Counted from the stretch's first letter, positions 1 through 13,574 are shown. The stretch: 64,000 bases of DNA from Octopus vulgaris (GCA_951406725.2 OX597829.1:40672001-40736000); one strand, 5' to 3'. The notes: a model not told the origin generated them from the letters alone. Made by a program: numbers and translations.

Positions 1-179
1 AGTATTTCATCTGTCTTTACATTCTGAGTTCAAATTCTGCTGAGGTCAACTTTGCCTTTCCTCCTTTCGGGGTCAATGAAATAAGTACCAGTTGAGCACC
101 GGGTTCAATGTAAATTGACTAGCCCCCACCACAAAATTTCAGGCCTTATAATCATCATCATCATTTAATGTCCATTGTC

Positions 180-497
180 ATTAGGCCTAACTCATCATAA
201 AGTCAATACTACCGTGACCGATATCCATAATACAGTGGAGAAGGCTAGCCACTGAATTTGGTTAAAAAGAGACGATGAGCAATGGCTTGAGAAATAGTGA
301 GCTTTATTTAATAACCAGTTGATCTAGCAAGTGGGGCCGCATATCAGTGAAGGGGGTGCCAGTGTGCATTGATGCCGTCAAGAGGTAGGCCCTGAAACGG
401 TGCTCATTCTCTCCTGATGACCCCATACACTTGCTGGCTTCCAGTATGCGGAGTTCTCGACTGGTAGCACTTGCATGTGCAAGTTGTTTGCAAGACA
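180..497 (+). mobile_element. 3' end fragment of a HERO-like (RLE) non-LTR retrotransposon
   Basis: Translates ..VTDIHNTVEKASH*IWLKRDDEQW, resembling the AEKASxWxWLKR C-terminus of HERO-clade elements; interrupts a (CAT)n-tailed repeat. Confidence 0.45.
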
Positions 498-803
498 TGT
501 CCATGCTGGCTGGCATGGGTTGGACGGTTTGACCAGGGCTGGCAAGCCACGGAGCTGCACCTGGTGCCAGTCTGTTTCAGCATCGTTTCTATGGGTAGAT
601 GCTCCTTCCTAACACCAACCACTTTACATAATACCTGAGTGCTTTTATGCGTGACACCAGTATCTGTCACAACTATGATTTCACTTGGCTTGATGGGTCT
701 TCTTCTCAAGCACAGGCATATTGCCAAATGTCTCGGTCATTTGTCATTGCCTCTATGAAACCCAACACATGATAATAGAATTATTATTATTGTTGTTATT
801 ATA

Positions 804-1240
804 AAGGCAGCAAGCTGGCAGTACTTTTAGCATGCCGAAGGCGGAGAGCTGGCAGAATCATTAGCACGCCGGGCGAAATACTTAGCAGTGTTTCTTCTGC
901 CGTACGTTCTGAGTTCAAATTCTGCCGAGGTCAACTTTGCCTTTCATCTTTTTGGGGTCGATTAAATTAAGTACCAGTTACACACTGGGGTCGATGTAAT
1001 CAACTTAATCCGTTTGTCTGTCCTTGTTTGTCCTCTCTGTGTTTAGCCCCTTGTGGATAGTAAAGAAATAAGTATTTTTAGCATGCCAGACAATATGCTT
1101 AACAGCATCTCTCCATCTTTATGTTCTGAGTTCAAATTCCACCAGAGGTTCACTTAAAGAAATACTAGTCAAGTTCTTGGGGTCAATATAATCAACTCCC
1201 CATCCCTCAAAAACAACTGATCCACGCCAAAATTTGAAAC
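804..1240 (+). mobile_element. Family-B SINE (about 839-1070) nested in an older family-B SINE
   Basis: GGCGGxGAGCTGGCAGAA head and GCCTTTCATC...GGGGTCGAT..AAGTACCAG core; inner copy flanked by a ~19 bp duplication agta(c/t)ttttagcatgcc. Confidence 0.8.
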
Positions 1241-1273
<33 letters not shown>

Positions 1274-1274
1274 C

Positions 1275-1590
1275 TTGCTAGTACATTCTAATTTAGTTAG
1301 TAGGTATATTATCTTAAAGTTTGGCAATAACACGTCTCTTCAAATATGAAGAATCTGTTTTTGGTTTCTTGCAAAATAAAGCATGGTACTACTACCTTCC
1401 TGAATGTCGATAATGCAAGTTTCCATTCCAATTTCTTTCAGTTGTTTTGGGTTTTGGTGATAAGTCCACCTATTACTACAGGTGTAAATGTTGTCTTGGT
1501 CTTCCACAGTTTCCTCAGCTCTCCGGCTAGGGCGGTCCTGGTATTTCCCAAGTTTTTCCAGTTCATTTGGTATCAAAGGGAATTGCAGAA
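1275..1590 (-). mobile_element. R4/Dong-clade LINE 3' end (restriction-like endonuclease remnant)
   Basis: Across a frameshift: EKLGKYQD-LAGELRKLWKTKTTFTPVVIGG..LKEIG..IIDIQ, typical of the RLE C-terminus; ends next to a (TAA)n run. Confidence 0.7.
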
Positions 1591-2589
1591 TCTATGGTCT
1601 TGCACCGTTTATTTATTTTCCTCTGTAACTATATCTAATCTTTTTTTTTTTTTGTGTTTATACAGCCCCCCCACCCCACCGCCACCATAAATTGACAATT
1701 AGTATTGGCTTGTTTACTGGTCTGTAACTTAGAGATTCAGCAAAAGAGACTGATAAAATAAGTACCAGGCTAATTTGTTTGACTGAATCCACCAAGGCAG
1801 TGCCCCAACATGGCTGCAAATCAATGACTGAAACAAGTAAAAAAAATCTAAAAATACATATATAAAAAAGGCTATAATTTATTTCACTGTTAATAATTCC
1901 ACAACAACCACCAGGTATAATTATTGGCCACATGCAATAATGCTGTAAAAACATAAAGAATCGTTAGAACTCGTCCAAGCTTTAAATTTTGTCATTCTCT
2001 CACCACAAGGGCATAATATTTAAATAATTATTAGTTATTAATAATATGTCAATAATAATTAATATCGGAAATTAGCAATAGGGTTAATAGAAATATGGAA
2101 TTAGCCAGATTCCAATTAATACATTGGATCATTTCATCTTTATTTCGTTATTTGTCTCCATCTAGCAGTGTATCAGCTACTCAAAAACTAATGTTTTGCA
2201 GTGTATTTCTCTTTAGGCTATTCACTAGCCGAAGTGTCAGACAGAAGCATGTGATACAGGGTTAAGAAACTGGTTTTCCAATCATGAGTCTTGGTGTTCA
2301 GCCTTACCGCATGACACCGTGGTCAAATGTCTTCTACTGTAGCCCCAAGCCAGCCAAAAACTTGTGTGTGGATTTGGTAGTTCTCTGTTAAGCAAACTTC
2401 TGACCAAGGCCGTCCCAGCTACGACTTCATATTTTTTTTCTTTTTCTCAGTCCCAATATATGTGATGTCCTTCCCTTTTCTAAAAAAAAAAAAAAAAATG
2501 GTAGATTTGGCTGCTGTTTCTTGTAGGCTGAATGTGACCAAATATGTATCGGGTCTTTCAAGCCCAAGAATACTGCCTTTCCTTTGATC

Positions 2590-2897
2590 ATGAGTCACCA
2601 TGGGATTGCACCTAGAAAGTTCCCCACCAAGGCACAAGTCCAGGCAAGATTATGGAAGACCAGCAGTCACCCATGCATACAAGCCTCCTCTTCCTATGCC
2701 ATTAATGTTATCAAGGGAAAGGCTGATACAGCTTGGTGCCAGCAACATCACAACTCATTTCTACTGCTGAGTGAGCTGAAGCAACGTGAAATAAAGTGTC
2801 TTGCTCAAGACGGGAACATACAACCTGGTCTGAGAATTGAACTCATTACCTCATGATTGTGAGCCCAATACTCTAACCACTGAGCCATGTGCCTTCT
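2590..2897 (-). mobile_element. Diverged tRNA-derived SINE
   Basis: Minus-strand head ggcacatggctcagtggttagag...gagttcaattc with A/B-box-like motifs; related copy at about 25730-25900. Confidence 0.6.
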
Positions 2898-3451
2898 CTA
2901 GCTAAAACATTAAAAAAAAAAAAATGATAATAATAAATACATGAAAAAGCCATACTCGTTATGATTTTTCCAATAATGTTAAAGGTGCCTTTCTTTTGCT
3001 TTTAAGATTGTAGGATATGATTTGAAAAAGATTTAGCTGCTATCTCTAGCTGGTCAATGATACCTTATATAGAAACTTCCTACATTCACAAAATTCTTCT
3101 GAAAATACACTGTACATTTGTAGTTATTCATTGATATTTCTTGGATAAATTAAGTTTATTCATTCCATTTGAAATTTAACAGAACAATTGCAGCAATTGT
3201 TTAAATAATTAAAACATTTTTCAATTCACTTCTGCTAATAAAAACGACAATACTGTTGGCAATGTTAAAGTTTTATTGGCGTAATAACTACTAAGGAGAT
3301 ATAAGCAAATGAGATAATAGCTTATAATTCAATCATTTATGTCTTCACATTGGCAAGATTGTTAGACCTTCAGATATTGTAATGATTTGTATTGCAGTAT
3401 TTTATTCCAGCTGTCAGCATTCTGAGTTCAGTTCCAGCCACAGTCAAATTT

Positions 3452-3650
3452 AACTCTCTTTTACTCTTTTACTTGTTTCAGTCAGTTGACTGCGGCCATG
3501 CTGGAGCACCGCCTTTAGTCGAGCAAATCGACCCCGGGACTTATTCTTTGTAAGCCCAGTTCTTATTCTATCAGTCTCTTTTGCCGAACTGCTAAGTGAC
3601 GGGGACGTAAACTCACCAGCATCGGTTGTCAAGCAATGCTAGGAGGACAA

Positions 3651-3697
<47 letters not shown>

Positions 3698-3850
3698 ACA
3701 GGCTTCTTTCAGTTTCCGTCTACCAAATTCACTCACAAGGCATTGATCGGCCCGGGGCTATAGCAGAAGACACTTGCCCAAGATGCCACACAGTGGGACT
3801 GAACCTGGAACCATGTGGTTGGTAAGCAAGCTACTTACCACACAGCCACA
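3452..3850 (-). mobile_element. Family-A tRNA-derived SINE (representative copy)
   Basis: A box TGGCTGTGTGG, B box GGTTCAGTCCC, CORE-like cttgggcaagtg, internal (TA)n(TG)n, tail GGTGCTCCAGCATGGCCGCAG..GACTGAAACAAGT(AAAAGAGT)n. More than 15 copies in the window. Confidence 0.9.
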
Positions 3851-3979
3851 TTTATTTTTTGGGGGTTTTTTTTTTTCTATCATTTCATTCTTTTTTTTTT
3901 CTCTCTCGTTCAAAAATCACTTGTATCACGGTAACATTCATTTATAGCAAACATGCAATGTTGACATACAAAAGTACAT

Positions 3980-4013
<34 letters not shown>

Positions 4014-4514
4014 TGAATTTCTTTCAGTTTCCATCTACCAATTCCACTCACAAGGCTTAGATCACACAGGAAAATATAGTAGAAGACGCTTGCCCAAAAA
4101 TGTCATGCAATGGAACTGAACCTGGTACCACATATTTGGAAAACAAAGCAACACATATGGACAAACAATGTATGCATGGCAATGTATGCACACATACGTG
4201 TGTGTATGTATGTAAAATTAAGTGTATTTTAATTCAAAACTTTGCTATGTTGTATATTATATTATTATAACCGATTCATATTTATTTCGAAGGATTCTTC
4301 TGCGGAGTTTCCTGCTTCAAATTTGAGTCTTAGCCTAAAATAAGGGGAAAAAAATTTTCGCGCATTAGCTTTTCTAAAACGGTTTATTTGTTCTCTTATC
4401 CTAGTTGCTACATCTCTGTGACGTCTGTTAAAGGAATCTGACTCTGGTAATTTAGTATTTTGGTTTTTGAATTTGAAATCTGTTTCACTATGAGGATTTT
4501 ATTATTATTATTAT

Positions 4515-4988
4515 TGAGTGAGAGAGCAGTGCATGTCATCAAAGGGACACTGGGGTAAAATATACGAAGCCCAGTATAGCCATCACGACTACCCGTCTGA
4601 TAAGGGTACACCAGTCACATGCATCACAACTATATGTGCATGACATGGTGATTTCGTATCAAGATAAATAGCGCATGACCTTGTAGGTGGGGGCCCAGTT
4701 AGAATTTTCTTCAGGTTGAGTAGCCCATCCTGCTCAAAAGGTCCTTGAATAAGGATTGTTTAAGGATGTTGAACGAACCACCCATGTTTCCAAAGGTGAA
4801 TTGTCCAAACCTGCAAGAATCCCTCTCAACACATGGCTATCATGCTCCCCAAATAGTTCTGCTCGTGGTCAGAGATGCACATATCGTCAGCCAATAAGGG
4901 ACATACTCAACTGGTTTAAAGTCAAGCAACTGACAAGCAAATCTGTGGTATTGAGCAGAATATTTGCTGTATCCCGTGTTTTATAGCA
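4515..4988. repeat. Unclassified ~470 bp element between (TTA)n runs
   Basis: GC-richer block with sharp edges, flanked on both sides by TTA microsatellite; single copy in this window. Confidence 0.35.
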
Positions 4989-5011
4989 TTATTATTATTA
5001 TTATTATTATT

Positions 5012-5094
<83 letters not shown>

Positions 5095-5095
5095 T
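4988..5095. repeat. (TTA)n(TCA)n compound microsatellite
   Basis: Direct observation. Confidence 0.95.
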
Positions 5096-5333
5096 ATGGC
5101 AGTGAGCTGGCAGAATCGTTAACATGCCAGGCAAAATGCTTAGTGACATTTCATCTGTTTCCACATTCTGAGTTCAAATATCGTCAGGGTTGACTCTGCC
5201 TTTCATCTTTTCGGGGTTGGTAAAATAAGTACCACTTTAACACTGGAACTAAAGTAATTGACTTACCCCTCTCCCTAAATTGCTGGACTTGTGCCAAAAT
5301 TTGAAATCATCATCATCATTATCATTATTATTA

Positions 5334-5370
<37 letters not shown>

Positions 5371-6386
5371 TTATGTTGACAGAATTGGTAGCATGTCAGA
5401 CAAAATTTGCTTTGCAACCTCATAGTTCTTGGTTCAATCTCACAGCACAGTACGTTGAACGAGAATGTTCTACCATAGCCTTGAACTGACCAATAACTTG
5501 GGAGTGGAATTTAGTTAACTGAAATTGTGTAAGCCCTTCATGTTTGTGTGTGTGTACTACTACTACTGCTGCTGCTGCTGCTGCAACAACCTTCTTATTG
5601 TGCTTAGTTATCTCTCCGTTACTGAAAGCCTAATGTCTTGTCCATATGTTGTTATTTTCACCTGTGTACTGTAAGACAGTAATGTTTATTAATTATAATA
5701 TACCTTTAATTATGGATTGAGTTCTCTCTCTCTCTCTCCCTCATTAGCAGCTTTGATTAGCTACACTTTCTGGTAGTGTTCCAACTCAGATGGCTGTTAA
5801 CCGCACCTGCATGACCCAAATAGCAGACCGTTATTCTCCTCCCACCCAAGATTCTTTAACACAAATTCTCACCTGCATTCACCACTCCACCCTTCACTCC
5901 GATCCTCCACCCCCACCTGCACCATACCCCCCCCCCCCAATCTGTGACTGTGTAACTACAATCACCTGTCTTATTTGCTACATAACCTTCGCTTTCTTTC
6001 TACAGCATTCATCTAACACCACCACCCCCTTCCTCCCCACCACCGCCACCACCACCTTTGAACGCATCTAATGTATTATTTTGTTTCGGGGTAAGTGGGC
6101 CACCTTGTTGATGTTGTTGTTGTTGTTGTTGTTGTTGTAGAGATGGTGGTGGTGATGGTGGTGGTATCCTGCTCTGGCCTCAGATCAAACAAACCAATGA
6201 TCAAATTTCTTCCAGTCGTGACCATCACCTGTTATTCAGACAATAGTGTACTCTTGAAGTTGACAGTACCCCCAACATCTCTCTCTCTCTGTCACACTAA
6301 AATGTAACTTCAGCAAAAGTTCAGTTTCGTTTTTTTATTTTTATTTTTTTTTTGTTTCTCTTTCCAGTTGATTGATTAAGTAACTA

Positions 6387-6801
6387 GGATCTTTTCAGTT
6401 TGACCGGCAGTTTTTAAAAATATTTTCCACGTCACTAAACACTTTCAAACTTCGTATACTAGTAGAATGTGTTTATAAAACATCTTTTTCTCTTGGCTTT
6501 ATTGAGAAAATTCTATAGTTTGTAACAAATTTGTTGTTTTTTTTTTTCTTCAATTTCTGCAATTTCAACCAATCAATGACGTCTATTGAGGTGAAAACAT
6601 TCTGTGCCATATGAATTTGTCCCTCGTTTAAGAAACAGATTGGGTTTATTTACATTTGTGAAGAAAAAAAGATACCCTTCCCCCCACCCCTAACCCTAAA
6701 ACAGATTGAAATGCAATAGATTGATACTAGGGTCATAATTATGGGTGACAATTTCATATGACACCGCTAGAAAAAAACTGCCGTTCAAACCAAAAAGATT
6801 C
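6387..6801. mobile_element. Non-autonomous DNA transposon (MITE), Merlin-like
   Basis: ~28 bp imperfect TIRs GGATCTTTTCAGTTTGACCGGCAGTTTTT / AAAAACTGCCGTTCAAACCAAAAAGATTC; 8 bp TSD agtaacta/agtaactg; second copy at 60808-61215. Confidence 0.75.
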
Positions 6802-7004
6802 AGTAACTGCCTGGAGTAGGGATGGTGGTTGGGTATGGTGGCGATCTTGTTCGTTTCACAAATGAATTGCAAGAGTACAAGAACTGACCCATAGAGTTGT
6901 GGGTGAGGAGGGGCATTTATATTGAGAAAAATAATAAACTTTTCCCTCGTTTTACAAATTCATAAGGACAGAGTTTATATTTAGTTACTTTTCTTATTTT
7001 TTTA

Positions 7005-7239
7005 GTTTTTACTTGCTTCAGTCATTGGACTGTAGCCATGCTGGAGCATTGCCTTGACTCAAAGGGGTTCAGTCAAACCAATCTCCTCCAATACTTATTC
7101 TAAAACCTCGTAACTTATTCTGTTGGTCTATTTTGCCAAACGACTAAGTTACAAGGATGTAAACAAACCATCACCAGTTGTCAGATGGTGACATGGGACA
7201 AGCACAAAGATACACACACACATACATACATATATATAT

Positions 7240-7308
<69 letters not shown>

Positions 7309-7480
7309 TATACATACACGATAGATTTCTCTCACTTCCTAACAACCAAATCCACTCACAAAATGGTTTGGTTGTCCAAGGCTATTGTAGAAGATACTTG
7401 CTCAAGGTACCATACAGTGGGACTGAACCCAAGACCACATAGTAGGGGAGCAATCTTCTTAACCACTCAGCTATACCTGT
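7005..7480 (-). mobile_element. Older family-A SINE
   Basis: Diverged match to the family-A tail, internal microsatellite and head. Confidence 0.75.
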
Positions 7481-7811
7481 GTTTTACAGATTCAGCCAAT
7501 TTTTTTTTCTTTTTCTTTTAAATAGGTTTTAAGAAACTTTATTGACAAAAGGTTTCAAATATAAAAGCTAGCAAGGGTTTCTCCATTGCTTTGCCTAGAA
7601 AGGCTCCTTCTTTGGTTCATCAACCACTTCTTAGTTCTTACAGAAAAGATAGTGAGGAGGCTACAGCCTCTTCACTCAATATTTCATTATTGCCATTATA
7701 AGAATCTAAGAAAAGCAATCCTTTGCGTCTACTTATTGAAGTGACTCAATTTTTTTTTTTATCTCGATACTTCTTTGCCTCATGTACTCAAAACACTCTC
7801 TGCACCGAGTT

Positions 7812-7847
<36 letters not shown>

Positions 7848-8231
7848 GTAATAATAATAATAATGTCACTTTGTATGTTTCGTTTTGTGTTGTTTAAGCT
7901 CTAGTAATGACATGCCACGCATGTACGGTTAACTGAACATTAGAAGGATCATACTTCACACAAAATGCTATTTTTCTAACTAACCGTTCCCCCCCCTCTT
8001 CGTCGCATCCCCCACCCACCCCACCCCTTCCCCCCAAAACGCACCTCCGCATCTCGTTTTACACAAACTGCAACCCATCTAACTGTTGCCCCCCCCCCCC
8101 CCATGTGACCGAGAGTCTTTCACCATTGGTAATCAGGTTTCTTTCAATTATCTTTGAGGTGGTCTGAAAATATTACTCTCATGAATTATGTTTTTGATTT
8201 CTCGAGCGAATGCTGTAACACCTTTTCACTA

Positions 8232-8269
<38 letters not shown>

Positions 8270-9004
8270 CACACACACACACACACACTCACAAACACAA
8301 ACACACCTTCATTTTTAAACAAGCAACCACTCTCTGCGGTTTTCACTTTCCATTCATATCTATTCCCCATTTACCATTCTGCCCAATCTGTCTCTCTGCT
8401 ACAATAAGTAACCCAATACCGACACTATTTTCAGTTATTCATTTGCTTGTATTCTTCTTCTAGTTCTTCTTCTGTTTCTTCCTTTCTTTCTTTCTTTCTT
8501 TCTTTCTTTTCTTTCTTTTTTTTGTTTGTTTCTCTCTTTTTCCTGACACAACTTCTTTCCTCTGTTCGTTCGTGTTCTTACCTGTCTACCTGTCTATAAT
8601 TCATCTTCGTTGCTAATTTATTGTTCCACCTTTGCCTGTGTAGTTTGAGTGTTACTGTTGACACAAGCAATGCTGGACAGTTCAAATGGCACTTTTGACC
8701 ACCACTGCTGCTGATGAATGGTGTAGCAGCAGCAGCCAGAAATTGAGTACTCATGATTCACTCCCATAACATAATGAAACACACACACACACACACACAC
8801 GCACATACGCACACGCACACATTGACAATTTGGATGCTTTTCTTAGTGTTAACCATTTTACCAAAGAGTGAGAATGGATGCATTTATCAAGAGTGCCTGT
8901 CAGGCTGGAAGGATGGCAATCCGTTCCATTCCGGGCAATAATGACGATTTTTAGTTTCCATGATGTAATGTATAGCATCGTTAACATTTTGAAAATGGCA
9001 TATC

Positions 9005-9037
<33 letters not shown>

Positions 9038-9110
9038 CTGTCTTCAGCAGACTGATGAAGACAATTACAGGTGAAACTTCAAATTCTTTTGTTAACCTTT
9101 CCTTCATCAA

Positions 9111-9141
<31 letters not shown>

Positions 9142-9367
9142 TATATATACACATACATACCTATATACGCATACACGCACAAACATAAATAAATATATAA
9201 ACCAATTGGTCTAGTAAACTAGATGGTAAAAGTTTTATTTTTCATTTCGTTCTTCTCGGAATTTTATCGCTAATTTTGTGGTTTTGGAACCTAGCTGTTC
9301 TTTCTAGCATCATGAATCCCGTGAGTGGATTCCTTGTATGTGTTTAAATGTAAACTGTATTTTATGA

Positions 9368-9840
<473 letters not shown>

Positions 9841-10517
9841 TGTGATGATGATGATGATGATTGCTTCGTCTTGTCAGATGATGGCTGTCTCAGATTCTGC
9901 CTGATTGTTCTAATTTACTTTCATCTTCGCATACGCGCAGATGTGACTTGACTTGTTGCCACGCATCCGTCACCGTTAGACTTTAGAAAATGCAAAACGA
10001 ATTTAAAACAAAAAAATAAATGAAATGATAGAAATCTGTTCTGTAGGTCATTGAGTTTAAGTGACAAAAAGCCTTTACATCACTTTTACCGTCCTCTCAG
10101 TTACCGGAGTAGGGATCCGGTAACAAACACTGCAAGATCACTGAGATCTTGTCATCAGTGGATGTATTTCTGAAGTCTCAGGGTGTTCGAGGTCTTTCAG
10201 CACCAGACTCTGTTACCTATTTTGACTTAACTAGTGTTGCACAAGTTCCCAGCTTGCATCCCAGAAGCAGCAGGCAAACTTTTGTTCTGCTCTCTTTTTC
10301 CAAAGCCACCTTGTGACCTTCTCTGCAGCTTCATATATTTACAGACAGATTGTGCAGGAATTTTTGTATTTATGATAATATTGGTGGTGGTGGTGGTGGT
10401 AGTTGCAGCAGTGGCAGATGGACCGCTGTCATTCAACAACGATTTATTTGGTTGATCAACGATATGTACATGTGTCTGTGTGCATGTATTGATAGACAGA
10501 TATATATATATATATAT

Positions 10518-10818
10518 CATGTGACCCACCAGACCATCAGATGTTGCTACACATCGCTGGTCACAATGTGCTTTGCATTGTTTTAGCCTTCAAATGACGC
10601 CACCCTGCTGGCTAGGCGAGCAGGCCAACAGAAGAAAGAGTGAGAGAAAGTTGGGGTGAAAGAGTACAGCAGGGATTGCCACTACCCCCTGCCAGAGCCT
10701 CATGGAGCTTTTAGGTGTTTTCACTCAATAAACACACACAATGCCCAGTCTGGGAATCGAACCAGCGATCCTACGTCCATGAGTCCGCTGCCCTAACCAC
10801 TGGGCCATTGCGCCTCCC
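10518..10818 (-). mobile_element. Family-D tRNA-derived SINE
   Basis: Head GGAGGCGCAATGGCCCAGTGGTTAGGGCAGCGGACTC...GGTTCGATTCCC; other copies at 24463-24765, 48125-48497, 50871-51181, 56530-56815 and 59490-59691. Confidence 0.85.
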
Positions 10819-11331
10819 ACACACACACACACAAACACACACACACAAACACACACACACAAACACACACACACATATATATACAGGGTGCAGCGAATAA
10901 ACTGTTGTCTAAATTACGCAAAAATGAAAATAACACTAACACGTCATTTTAACAGATGTTGCCATAATCCTTGCTTTCAGTTCATTTTTGGTGTTACAAG
11001 GAGATTTGTTGGTCTCCCGTTCAACTGCACTCCACACACAATTACCAAGGAGGTTGCAGTTTGTGGGAGTTAAGTGGCCAGATGTCACTGTTTTATTTCA
11101 GCTCTTATTCATCAACACTCTTTCACTCTCACACTGATTAACAAACCCCAAACATATCCAAATCCCATATATGGAATCACAAAGCCACAAACCCTCAGAT
11201 CTATTTGACACCAAATGCAAGAAAGTTCTCCCCAAAAAGTTAACGGGAATTTTTTTTTCTAAATCTCTCCACCCAAGTTAACAAAGAACTTACTAGATCT
11301 ACAAACTAATGTGTTTTAATGTACACGATAT

Positions 11332-11384
<53 letters not shown>

Positions 11385-11385
<1 letters not shown>

Positions 11386-12125
11386 GAAATTAGAGATAAA
11401 ACCACTATTAGGCAAATCAAACAGTGAAAATCATAAGCCAATACATAGAAATAAAATTAATTAAAAAATATATAGAATATAAAATATAAAAAATATAAAA
11501 TTCCAAATTAAAGTAAAAATTAAAAAATTATTTAAATAATTTAAACTTATAAATTTTAAATATATATATATTATTTTTTTTATTATTATTATTTTATCTA
11601 TTTATTTATTTATTTATTTTTTTATTTAAATTATATAACTATCAAAAAGTATTAAAAGTTTAATATAAGATAAAGAGTAAAAACACTACGACCGTTTCAT
11701 GCCCGTAACCAATTCGAATAACAATAATTTAAATTCAATTAATAATTCGAATTATGGTTACAGTCAATCTTCAGGTTAATTGTAATATTTTAATAAATAA
11801 TCAGAAATATTTAAACAATATTTTTAAGAAATAAATAATATAATAATTTTACTTATAAAAAACTCTATTATCAAACTAAAAACTTAACGATTATGATTGT
11901 ATCAAAACATCGATTATAAATTTTAATATTTTATAAGTCTTATGGTGTAATAATATTGTTTTTTATGTAAATATCGTTGTTTATGTAATGATCGAATTAT
12001 CCAATAAATAGTGGTTTTATCTCTAATTTAATATAATATATATTTATACTATAAAATTAGATTTAATCCTAAATCTAATTTTTCTCTGTAAGTTTGGATC
12101 TACTCCCTAATATTATTATTATTAT
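11385..12125. mobile_element. AT-rich element with a 22 bp inverted repeat and a hammerhead-like motif; probably Penelope-derived
   Basis: Perfect IR 11388-11409 / 12007-12028; minus-strand CTGAAGA-long stem-GAAACGGTC at 11685-11780; the right end resembles 53115-53190 in reverse; inserted in (TA)n. Confidence 0.5.
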
Positions 12126-12127
12126 TA

Positions 12128-12212
<85 letters not shown>

Positions 12213-12454
12213 CAGAGATGTACTTGCATAGCAAGTGACCTGATCTGAGATCGTATGCTGGAACAAAAACAATTGCAGCATGGAAGGTGTTTATAAGCCA
12301 TTTAAAAACACACAAAACTTTTAGATTCACTTCGACATTTAAATTTTCGGCGCTTTGAGATCGTGACCTGTTCACTGAGATGTAGCAGAGAATTTTGTCA
12401 GTGAACAGGTTGCAGTCTCAAAGCGATGAAAATATTCTGGAAAATTAAATTTAA

Positions 12455-12485
<31 letters not shown>

Positions 12486-12521
12486 TACACATATATACAT
12501 ATACATATATACATATACATA

Positions 12522-13060
12522 TCCTTAAAAATGTTTTAGCCCAAAGGCCGCGGCTATGCTGGGGCACCACCGCTAAATGAGCTACACTAATATGTGAATC
12601 CACCTCTGATACATGGCACTTGATCAACAAGGGAGTTCGATGCTGCTGCCCGCATCTGAGTCTCCTGTCGTGAGGTAGGTTCATCTGGGACTCCCGACAA
12701 GAAGAGATCCAATTTAGTTTTAAAGAAACCCACATCCACACCATGTAAGTCTCTCAGGCATTTAGGGAGGATGTTAAAGAGCTGTGGTCCTCTGAAACCC
12801 AAGCTGTTACAGTATCTGGACCTGTATTTTGATGGTGATGTTGGAATCTTTGGCACCATGCAGTGGCGCCCCGTTCTGCGGTTGGGGTAACTTTGAATGC
12901 CAAAGTTTGGGACAAGACCCTCCAGGATTTTCCAGATGTATATCACCACATATCTCTCCCGCCTCCGCTCTAGGGAGAAGAGGTTTAATACTTTCAGTCT
13001 TTCCCAGTAGCTGATATTTTGCATTGAGACGATCTTCTTTGTGCAGCTTCTTTGAAGTTT
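12522..13060 (-). mobile_element. CR1/L2-group LINE 3' end
   Basis: ORF YWERLKVLNLFSLERRRERYVVIYIWKILEGLVPN...GPQLFNILP..FKTKLDLFLSGVPDEP, a typical CR1-group ORF2 C-terminus, followed by a short 3' UTR. Confidence 0.85.
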
Positions 13061-13074
13061 GCTGTTAGTTTTAT

Positions 13075-13558
<484 letters not shown>

Positions 13559-13574
13559 TCTCAATTCTTTCCAC

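Noticed and set aside
4922-5164. Poly-Asp/Asn acidic protein ORF
   Set aside because: It is a (GAT)n(AAT)n microsatellite joined to a SINE.
6688-6700. Telomeric CCCTAA repeats (also about 61101-61113)
   Set aside because: Only two units, and internal to a MITE.
10100-10160. Hammerhead ribozyme on the minus strand (CTGATGA plus hairpin)
   Set aside because: No GAAA follows the stem-II-like hairpin, so the catalytic core is incomplete.
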